This document shows, piece by piece, positions 44,201-55,001 of a stretch of DNA of 64,000 nucleotides. The notes below the pieces were generated by a model. That model had not been told where the DNA came from. It ran no database searches and was given only the letters and a program-made list of their open reading frames with translations. Positions within the stretch are counted from its first letter, which is position 1. The number at the start of each line of letters is the position of its first letter. The DNA is from Kudoa neothunni (taxonomy: Eukaryota > Animalia > Cnidaria), in assembly GCA_964304625.1 (NCBI GenBank), contig OZ199838.1, positions 13,865,002 through 13,929,001 on the forward strand, written 5' to 3'. The position numbers and the translations under genes are program-made.

Positions 44201-44467
44201 AACTTAAAAATACTCATTAATTTCCTTCAATATCTCTATTTACATTTGAATGGAAAATGTTGGCATAATTTTGTTTATCTAGATCATCACATTGCAAAAA
44301 TAATGACAAGCTTTAAAATGCATCAATTAAAATAGGAAAATAAAATTTACAGACTCTAACGTGCTAATTAAATTAACTTAGTCGTAGAATTTCTCCATTC
44401 AGAAATAAAACTAAAAATTTAAATTTTCCATCCGATAATGCCAGGCAAAGTTGAGCACTAGCGCTAG
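41265..44467 (+). mobile_element. Non-autonomous Helitron copy 1 (interrupted by a Tigger element)
   Basis: A|TCCATATATAA start, 3' GCCAGGCAAAGTTGAGC degenerate hairpin then CTAG|T; no TSD; homologous to 58276-60179. Confidence 0.75.
42747..44090 (+). mobile_element. Internally deleted Tigger/pogo element
   Basis: TA-CAGTGGTTGACGGATTCTACGTA / TACGTAAAATCCGTCAATCACTG-TA; GEKLGPLVIG, KKAWMN, LQPLDQGIIRSFK, VINCFEKAG; empty site at ~59804 in Helitron copy 2. Confidence 0.93.
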
Positions 44468-46589
44468 TTTATGATAAATGTTATTTACTAATTTATTTAA
44501 ATGACATTTATTCCTGAAAGCATCAGGATGAAACAGAGAAAAATAAATTCAAATTAATATTTGCATCAGAGTTAATACAATAAAAAAGTGTCTAAATATT
44601 TTTAAATTTTAAATATTTTCTATGCATTGAAACAATGCGTTCTCATACTCCTGGTTGGAATGCTATAATATTAATTTATGGGGTCACTAATAATAGCCAT
44701 TTTACTATTATGGTGGAAACTACGAGTGCTGCCATTTCTAATGGTGTTATGAGGATCAACGATAGAAAAAGCAATCCTTAAATTATTAGGAATGAATTGT
44801 TTAATCCGAGAGAGAGAGAGGAAAAAATGTTGTAAGATTCACTTACTATGAAGGTGTTATTTTCGATGAAAAATAACAATTCTCTATTAAATTATGATTT
44901 GTGTGTTGTAACTGGACATGATGGATAACGAAATCACATCTATTTTAAATTTTATGTAACCTAGTTAGAATTTCATCGAACAATGTCGCAATGTCGCAGT
45001 AGAATTATAATATAAACATTTTGATGCATATATGTTAACCGAATCTTGGTCAGATAAATCTGCGCAAATTAATAAAAAAAATTAAAAAATTTCAAGATTT
45101 TTCGAAAGAAAATCGATGCATAATTAGGAGTCACACTTTAATCCTAGTTATTGTATTGTACCAAGATATTTTATTGATTTGTAATACTGAATTCCCATGA
45201 CAGCCGCAAAACATTGTGACTGCATAATAACTTACAGCTTCATCGGAAATATTAATATCTGTTAGTGATTCATCGAATCTCGCAGAATGAAATAACCATA
45301 ATATCATCAATAAGAATAACAAACTTATTTTGTCTTATTCTGTGACACGATCATTATATATTTTTGTAATATTAAACATCAAAAGGATTATTTTTTAATT
45401 TTGATCTCTTCATTATTAACATCTAATGATAGCTTAAATGATTTAGATTGAATAAGACATGAAGATTGTTTTTGTGTATTTGTTGGATTAACGATTTTTA
45501 CTATGTACCACTCGACACACCATGGTTGCCTCCGCTATTCCAAACATAGTATTAAAATTTTATCGAATAGAAAAACAAAATATACTTACCTCTAATCGCT
45601 AAGAGGTCGTTACATTACAATATGATAAATGTTTACTTTAATGTAATAAATACGGATTACTTCATCTGTCAATAAAGGGATTAATCCGGAACATTTTAAA
45701 ACACTGTTATTTATGAAAATCTTTATTCACACCTTGTAAAAATAAAATTAAAGAATATTTTTATCGAATGTAATTCAGCTTTAACGTAAATTAGCCAGGA
45801 AATATTTTTAAATATATATGGAGATCACAATTTGGAGATTGCCCATGAAAAATGTTGTTATAGAAATTAATCCAACTTATATTAGTAAACATAAAAGTAA
45901 ATATCAATCATTCTTTTTAGATTAGAATATTCGCGATGATGAAAACAAATGGTAATGGGACATAAAGATCATCGGATGTAATCCCTAGTGCCTTTAACAA
46001 CTAGGCGTATGTGGTAATAACCCCCGTTATTTGCGTGGTTCCAAAGGGATTGTTTTTTAATAGAAAAGATATACACTCTAATTAGTCTATCATTAGAAGA
46101 AATGCACTGTTCCGTCCTCCAATTTAGAGCGTGGTTTATCCTGTAATCCTAGAGTGGACAACGTGGATCAAAAAGATGGATTACACGAGAACTTATCAGT
46201 TAATTCAAAACCACTTAAAACATTTTTACAAAGGTTTAAGTCGTTGATAACGACAAAATGCATTTTACCAATCTTAAAATATTAATTTTAAAACAACCAT
46301 AGTAATTTTTTATGCCAATTAGGCGTATGCACAGAAATATTTGGTTGATATGAGGGCGTATTGGGCTAAGAGGTAAACGATATTTAATGGAAGAGATTAT
46401 GGGTGGAGTTTTCTAGAACGATCTTAGTTTTACTAATCTAGATAAATTGGTGCATTAGCCAAGTATAAGTGCGCAGTCAATTGATAGTTTGGCGTTGTGC
46501 AACAACATTAATCAATAGGTGGGTTGTAACATTAAGATCCATATGTTATTTTGTTTCTATTCACTTTCTGTTTTTAATTTAGATACAAT

Positions 46590-48324
46590 ATGAGTTCAAC
46601 ATTTAAACTAAGAAACCCTAATCTCAAAGAAACTGACGATCATTTGCTCAGTTCTATCGACTACCATTTCAACAAGATTGTTGAAGTTGGCAATGAGGTT
46701 GATGGCGAAAAATCCGATACATCAGTTCAGTCGCACCTAAGCTATGAAAGAACCTATGAGGTTGTTCCAACCTCTCTAAAATTGCAGTTTAAAACCCAAA
46801 AACGAATACCAAAAGTAGGTGTTATGATGGTTGGAGTCGGTGGCAATAATGGAACCACCTTCACTGGTGTTGTATTGGCCAATCGACACAATCTTAAATG
46901 GGAAACAAAGCGTGGCACATTATCACCAAACTACTATGGAAGTTTGATCAAAAGTAGTACTATCCCTTTGGGTAGTATTCCAACACCTGACGAGAGTGAC
47001 ACTGTTCGTGAATTATGCGTACCTATGTGCGATTTGGTGCCAATTCTTGACCCAAACTCAATCGAAATCGATGGATGGGATATCAGCTCACTTAACATGG
47101 GAGATGCTATGAAGAGAGCTCAAGTGTTCGATGTAGATCTTCAAGAGAAACTCTATCCACTCATGAAAGATTTTACACCACGGAAGTCCATTTTTAATGT
47201 GGATTTCGTCGCATCCAATCAACAAGACCGTGCAGACAACATCCTAAGAGGTTCCTGGAAACAACAAATTGAAGCTATAAGAGCTGATATCAGAGATTTC
47301 AAACAGAAGAAACAACTCGATAAGTAATGACCACTCGTTGTTTTTATGACATTAGTGACAATGTTGATGGATTAATGTGCTGTGTGTTAGAATTATTGTC
47401 TTGTGGACTGCTAGCACAGAACGATTCTCCGAGGTGATTGTTGGAGTGAATGATACTATTGAGAACTTGATGAAAGCTGTTTCCATGGACGATCCCAAGC
47501 GAGTTGCTCCTTCAACGTTGTTCGGTATTGCCAGTGTACTTGAAGGATGCAGTTTTATCAACGGTTCGCCCCAAAACACACTTGTTCCAGGATTGGTGGA
47601 GTTGGCCGCACAAAATAATGTCCACCTTGCTGGAGACGACTTCAAAACTGGTCAAACTAAAATCAAATCCTCACTTGTTGAATTTTTGATTAATTCTGGC
47701 ATTAAACCTGTTTCGATCGTCAGCTACAACCATCTTGGTAATAATGATGGTCGCAATCTCAATGCACCCCCGCAATTCAAATCCAAAGAAATCACCAAAA
47801 GTGGAGTGATCGAAGACATGATCTCAACCAACAATGTGCTTTATGCACCAGGTGAAAAACCCGATCATTGCATTGTGATCAAGTATGTGCCTTACGTGGG
47901 TGACAGTAAACGCGCCATGGATGAGTATACCAGCGAAATCTGCATGCATGGTCTCAACACACTCGTCATTCATAACACCTGTGAAGATTCACTCCTGGCT
48001 GCCACAGTTATGCTTGATTTGGTGTTGCTCTGTGAATATCTCGAACGTGTCACCATTGGAGTTCAATCTGTTTCCATGTCTGCTCAACAGGCTGAAAGTG
48101 TGGGACTGAAAGATGCCACCGAATTCTCAGGATTCGACACTATCTTTTCGCCTCTATCCGTTCTTTTGAAATCCCCATGTACATCGGCTGGAGAGCCATC
48201 CATTAATGCCTTCTCCCGACAGCGCAACGCTGTTGAAAATCTTTTCCGTGCTTGTGTTGGACTAACTCCAAACAACCATATGCTTTTAGAGCATAGAGTT
48301 CCAAATATGCGACAATTTCTTTAG
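46590..48324 (+). CDS. INO1: Myo-inositol-1-phosphate synthase, 555 aa; exons 46590-47323 and 47391-48324
   Basis: [77 protein letters not shown]; one 67-nt GT-AG intron. Confidence 0.98.
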
Positions 48325-48959
48325 GTTGTGCACGCCTTTTATCTCGCGAGTTACTATCCTAACTAGTCACTACTTAATTAACACAACTATTTAGTTGTTA
48401 CCATTCTGTCGTGTAGCTACGAGTTATTTTGAGAGTTTGCTTTATTTTCTCTTCTTTTCTTGTGCCGTTTTGTCATATCTATGTTAGTTGGCTTGCTGCG
48501 CTGTACGAATTATTAAGGCATTAATTAAAAGGCGTTAATTATTATTGATCCATTCTAGCTCCGAATGTTTAGTGAAACATTCAGTTAATTAAAATAAACT
48601 TCCGAACAACTGGAAAATTAGAATAGTGTTTTTGTCGTCTTCTTTAACTTTCGACGAAAAATGAGGCAGATCTCGATTTCTGTCCCAAATGAATTTTGCC
48701 AACATTATAGAGTACCAATGGAGCATCATAACTCCTCTCGTGTTTTTGCAATATTTTATCTTTATGAAAGCTTTCGGAAGAACGAATCAAAATTTTTTTT
48801 GCCATATATCAAAAAAGTTAATGTACATATACCTTTTAAACAAAATGATTCAAATGTCGATAAATGTCACTTTTAAAAATTTTATGAATTCCTATTGACT
48901 AAATAATGAATAAAAACGAAACACTATACCGCGATGCGCGTGCGCGATATTGATATAAG

Positions 48960-51025
48960 CAGAAGGCCCTAAAGTTTTTAGCACTTGCACCAACGCACGA
49001 AAATATTACACTTCTGCACAACAGGGTCCAATGTGTCCTGTACGTGAAATGAGATTTTATGTTTTTTAGTGTTTTATAAATATTCTAGAAACTTACAAAA
49101 ATTTATTTTTAAGCTTTTCTTAAATAAATAATATAATGATTTACATCCAACCTGCAATAATATGAAGAAGAAAACAACGTCATTACTAAAACAATGATAA
49201 TATTGAAGAACTCATCCAAATCATTGTATTTATAATTAACACAGATAATTAGTTACAAATGTAACAGAGAACAGAATAATGTGGTTTGTGCACGTTTTTG
49301 CCGCATTTAGAGCAGATTGCCTTTGTTTTTACATGCCTCCAATATGGGCAAAAATGGCATTTTTTCTTGCCACCCACCTATCTTACTTCGGCGATAGTGC
49401 AAGCGGAAGATCAATTTTTTCGCTAGCGTACTTTTCAACAATCTCATCGATTAAATTCTGTAAATATTAACGTCTTTTTCAGTTCTTGTATTTTAGTTTA
49501 AATTCTTTGTATTTATCTAAGTACACAATCATTAAGTTGTAGTTGTAACCAGCGATGTCAAGGATATCGTAAAATATTGTGAGTGGCCATCTGAGAGTTC
49601 TCCTTCTCATAGTGTCAAATCTTCTGAAATTTATGTAATCCTTTTGATTGCATCATTAATGGAAAACGTAATGCACAACTATTTGTTATACGAGGTCAAC
49701 AAAAGATTAACCTGTTACGGTTCTTAATCATTATTTTTTTACAAATATTTACAAATGCCCATAATTTGATTCATTGTAAAATTTAATAATATAACTAAAA
49801 TTACAAAACGCAGAACAAAATATAGAATAATTTAGTCTTTAAGTGCACGGAAAGAAATAAGAAAAACTAATTTTTTTTGATGTTTTTAAGTAAACATAGT
49901 AATGTTAAGATTGGCTTATACAACATATATATTTTATTTTAGAGTTTGAATTCGCTTTGAGCTACTAGTTGTTTAATTATTCAACAGGGTTGTTTTTTAT
50001 TTACATAGAAATAAAAAATCATACACAAGTTAGTGGATGGTATAAACGAAATAAAAAATATAAAACAAATTTAAGAGCAGCTTGACAGATTTATGTATTT
50101 CTGACAGTGATGAGAATGCTACAATTTATGAAATAATCATGAATAGGGTCATTGGACCTTGGGTTTACGCACAAGTGTTAACTGACGAGCCAAATTTTTG
50201 ACTTTGATAAGCTTCGAGGGCTGGACTAAAAAATTTTTTTGGGAAACAAGTTTTAAAATGAAACTAAAATAACATAAATATAAAGAAAAGAATTTGTACT
50301 TGAATTCGAAACATGAAAGTGATTTCTGTAGCAGAATTTAGTATATTTCAGTTTTGAGACCTCCAATGGGATTGCGAACCATCCATTGTCTACTGTATAA
50401 TTCGAAAAGATCGCAAAGTTGGTTATATTTATGGTTGTTATTAAGAATTTCAATTTCTCCCTAGCATAAGATTCCTAGTTTATTTATTTGATCATATGAA
50501 AAGTTGTGTGGATGCCAATAAGGTATTCACTTGTCAAGTTGAAAATTTTTGAATATTTCTATATTAACCACAATTTGGAGATAAATACATAATTTTGTAA
50601 ACTACTGTATATGATGCTAGAAAATATCTAAGGAACTGCGATTATTGCCCCATCATTTTAAATTTCTAGTATCAAATCAAGTAAACTCAACCAGATTAAA
50701 AATTTGAGCTAATTAATTTAATTTATTACGTTTAAATTATTAGAAGCATAGGAATCATACAAATATTAAAACATGTCTTATCGATTTGTACGTTTTACAT
50801 TCATAATCTTGCTATATTAGTGAATCGATTTTCTCCTTTGTTTCAATTGGAATAAAATAAAATAATGGAATTAAATGAGGATTTTAAATCAACACTCATC
50901 TACTAAAGTAATGCATTGATAGTCTTCAAGTAAGTCAACACAAATTCGTGTGCACAAGAGCATTCGAATGTTGGAGGACACCGCGGGCCGGATTTGGCCC
51001 GTGAGCCGTACTTTGGTAAGTCCTG
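48960..51025. mobile_element. Non-autonomous hAT element with nested piggyBac remnant
   Basis: CAG...CTG termini flanked by ATATAAG(C) on both sides; Buster/Charlie-like subterminal GGGCCGGATTTGGCCC..GCCGTACTTTG at ~50984-51015. Confidence 0.65.
49009..50177 (-). mobile_element. Internally deleted piggyBac (CACT-type ends)
   Basis: CACTTCTG..GGTCCAATG / CATTGGACC..CACAAGTG-TTAA; minus strand encodes RRRTLRWPLTIFYDILDIAG and cysteine-rich KKKCHFCP..ICSKCGKNVHKPH..CYIC*. Confidence 0.8.
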
Positions 51026-51364
51026 ATATAAGCATGCCGCTCTCTCCTGAATAAAACGCTAGCTCCTCATATTCTGATGATTCTTATACTAATTATTCAA
51101 AATATGATGAATCCTTAGCATTTTGGCTAGTTCTGCGTTGTAGTTAGCATCTAAAAACATACGTGAAAATTGTTCATCATTTTTCCTAATTTCGTATTGT
51201 AGAGAGCATTAAAAACATATGATATCATTTTTCGATAGTTTGCTAAGTTTAGTGTGTTAGAAAGATTTTAAAAATATATATGATAATTGTTTTCCCAAAT
51301 AAGCACAGTTTGTCATCATTTTGTGTTTTTCTGATCAGTATTACACTGCGTTGTTTAAAATAGG

Positions 51365-51665
51365 ATAAATTAATTTGAAGCAGTTAAAAATTTTTTAATT
51401 AAATGTTCAAACCAAAAAACTTCGGATATATACCTATAAATACAATCACATTCCAAAGAAAACTAACAATCTGACTGCGCATGCGCACTACAACTTTAAT
51501 AATTGACCATTTCTTCCAAAATTTCCACGATTAATTCTCCTCATATTTTGTCAGGCAATGCTGGTTCTTACATGAGATAATTTTATCAAATAAAATCGTA
51601 GGATAAAAATCTACCCCATTTTTATTTGGAGGGTGTACAATTTTCAACTACTTAGACGGTTAAAC
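51365..51665 (+). repeat. Dispersed repeat copy 2 (related to 9880-10140), with ~50-bp extra segment
   Basis: Same colinear blocks as copy 1; perfect TGCGCATGCGCA at 51476-51487. Confidence 0.7.
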
Positions 51666-51849
51666 GTAAAGTTGATTTTGTATTATTATTGGAATCCTCA
51701 GTATTGGCTGATAACGGATTTTTTGCGTTCGTGTGTGCGCAATTAATTTTTTCATAAGTAATAAGTATATTAAATATTTTGTAGATGATTCAGGAAAAAT
51801 TTATTCACCATAAAATTTAAATATTATATAATTCAAGTAATGCAAATTA

Positions 51850-53908
51850 CAACAAAGTCTCGATATAGGGAGGTTTTTTGGGGATTAGCAAGATCATACG
51901 CAATATCGCAGCGCTTCCCAACTAAAACTGGACTCGCACCCCCATTTTTTGACAAAACGAAATTCGCACCTCTTTGCATACGATAAGGTGTAACTGACTT
52001 AAAATTTATCAAAAATTATTTTCAATTTTGATCGGATCTCGCACCACCCGAAACCATAGTTCGCACCCCCTAAGATGCGGGCACCCCCAGTTGGGAGCCC
52101 CTGCGATATCGATGAACGCGCATGCGTGTTGTTGTGTTTTTTCACAGAATAAATAATCAATTTTTTAACATTGTTCCAGGCCGTATAATTTTATATAGGG
52201 CGTTCATATAGGATAGGCATGAAATAGTGAAAATGAGTTTTCAACCATAAATGGTTATCCAATTGCATTTATGACTGCTTTTAGGTCACATTTCGTATGT
52301 ATTTGATTTTCCGAATAAAAATCAATATCAATGCTGCACTTTGTTGATCCGGGGGGCATTTATATAAGGTTTACTTTACGTTTCTTCGTGTATAACTTCG
52401 ACTTGCTTCAATTCAGCAATCTCATTCACGTTGTTATGTATCGATAAATTAAAAATGAACTAATTGTATTACATACCATCAATTATTTCCTTTTCTGTAT
52501 GACTAATGTTTACGCTATATTTGTCATAATTTATGTTTAAAAATGTTTTCTTGTATTAATCGAACAGTTTCTGAATATCGGATATTTCTTGAAACAATTT
52601 TCACTATTTGAGCTTGTCACCATTTCCCACGCCGCCTTTAATGTATGAAGACATTCGAATATAGTATCTTTGAGAATTTTCGTATGATCATTGAATACAT
52701 ACTGACTAACGAGTGATTTTCTACATTTAGACTTCAAATCATGTATTATCTCAAAATCTATTGATTTGGTTACACAAGTATTGTTAGGAAGAAAGCACAT
52801 TTCGATATAATTAAATCAATTCATTAATTGAGGATGAGATTTACATTGATCAAAAATAAGATAAATTTTTTGTGTATTCGTCAAACTGTCTATAAATGTT
52901 TATAAGAATTTCAAAGAATAAAGCTGCTGACATCTAGCCATTCTTTGGAAAAGATAATTTACTGGGAAGTTATTGACATCGTAAAAACGAGATGACCTTG
53001 TCAATTTTCCTGTGAACTATAGATGGAATTTCTCGTCGTGAGCGAAGCAATTACCAAGAAGGTGACTCTCTTTTTCGCGAAATTCATTCCTTTCAAATCA
53101 ATTCCACATTTTAGTAGTATTTGTTCATTGCCACAATTTTTCGTAGATTAGGGTAATCTTGTCCAAATTAGTAATTTCTACACGTTTTACGACCGTAAAC
53201 CCACAGAAACCTTTTAGATCCATTCAAATACAGTATTTGTATCGGCGCGTCGAACCTCACTATGCAATATAATGTTCTTCAAACAGTAATTAGTCTTGAA
53301 ATTTGTAAGAAAAAATAATTAATTTTTTTAGGTCTTTGACTACTGTTTGTAGCTTATTTGTTGATTAGAACCCCACATATATTTTTATTTTTCTTTCGTT
53401 GGCCACAATCCGATTGTGAGGACAGCTTTCAAGCTCTCTATATTTTCTATACAGTAATTCTTATGCAATCAATGGAAATATTTTAATTAATTGTATCTGC
53501 CTCCCTTGAGAATATCCCATCAAGAGATGAATAAACTGTACGGCTCAATATCGCTCGGGTAATATTAGCTACTTGGCAAATTAAATTCTTGATAGTCATA
53601 GGTTTAACTCATTGTATTAATTGAATAAACTTGTAATATTGAATAATTTTTATTTTTTTTCATTTATATTTGGTTGACACCTACACATTTCAAATTTTCC
53701 AACGCATCATCAGGCGGAATAAATGGATTATTTCCTGATAAAAGCCACGCAATAGCGAGGCCCTCTATTCTCGATGATCCCAACTTTTTAAATGAAATTA
53801 GCAGCCTATATGAGACTTATTGCAGTTTAAATTTAGTTTTATCGAGTTTCTTGAATTTTCAGAATAATAATGAATAATGGAAAACCACGCAATATCGAGA
53901 CCTTATTG
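51850..53908 (-). mobile_element. Old Tigger/pogo element with decayed transposase
   Basis: TA-CAACAAAGTCTCGATATAGGGAGGTTTT / AAAACCACGCAATATCGAGACCTTATTG-TA; FLPNNTCV..IDFEIIHDLK, LKAAWEMV..ENCFKK. Confidence 0.85.
51909..52103. mobile_element. hAT MITE nested in the Tigger end
   Basis: TIRs CAGCGCTTCCCAACT / AGTTGGGAGCCCCTG; 8-bp TSD CAATATCG / CGATATCG; internal CGCACC repeats. A related right end lies at ~40440-40492. Confidence 0.8.
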
Positions 53909-55001
53909 TATATGGGAAGAAACCCCTTGATTATATCACCTAAATGGTCGAATAAGGTGTAAATTATTCTCATTATTGTTTTTTACTACTAAAATACCAT
54001 TCAATTTATTCATTTAAATAAACAATACTTTATGTGATAAGATAATTCATATTTTCAATCATTTTGCTCTTTTTATAATTATTAGTTTTTTATATGTGAA
54101 ATATTTTGGTAGGCAAAAAAAATGATAAAACTGTCTATTATCATAAAATTAACTTGATAAATATAGGTCGCATAAGTCAATTTCGAATTTTATGGGTTAC
54201 AAATTAGTAAAATTAAATTTTGAATGCTCTTATTGTTTAATTTATTACAATAAATTCAATAAAATCCTCAATATTATAATTTTGATATTTACGTGGTTTC
54301 AAATATAGTGAAACGGTTTTTTGAATTGTTTAAAAAGAGATTATTGATATGCTTAGTAATTATAAAATTTTGATCGTTTTAATTTATATTGTAGAATGTT
54401 TTTGTACGAATTAGAAACAGTTCAAATGAGCTTTTAGTTAAAAGATTATTCTGTAATCAACCTGAGATAATTGAATCTAAAAAATATTAAAATCTATTTA
54501 TTGCTATTTACACAACAACCGTATTTAAAAATATTTTAAACTGATAAAAATTTATGAAATCACAAAGGATTTTTATTATTGAACTTTGATGACTCCTCGA
54601 GGATAAATTTGACATTATATGGATGATAAAAATATTTGATAATCGCAAAATGTTTACTTTAGAAATGAGATTCCAAATTAAATATTTAAAGTCTATTATT
54701 ATTTAAAAATTATTTTACCAAACAAATATCATGGAATTATTAGCTTGTCGAGAATGATACACAGACCTCAAATGGACCAATAAGAGGGAGAAATTGAGAA
54801 ATTTTCTTTTGGAGATTAAATTTCTAATATCAAACAATATATTTTTTAGTTTATAAAAATTATATAGACATAATGTGAAATATTGGCCTGATGTTTTACT
54901 TAAAAGTAGCGTTGTATTCGGTTAAACAAGAGGATACGATAAACATATATTAGATGGAAGACAATGTTGCCGAAAAGAAGAGGCTAGATTTACGGTGAGA
55001 T

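Noticed and set aside
44510-44545. Hammerhead ribozyme (TCCTGA..TCAGGA then GAAAC)
   Set aside because: The upstream CTGANGA core and stems I/III are missing.
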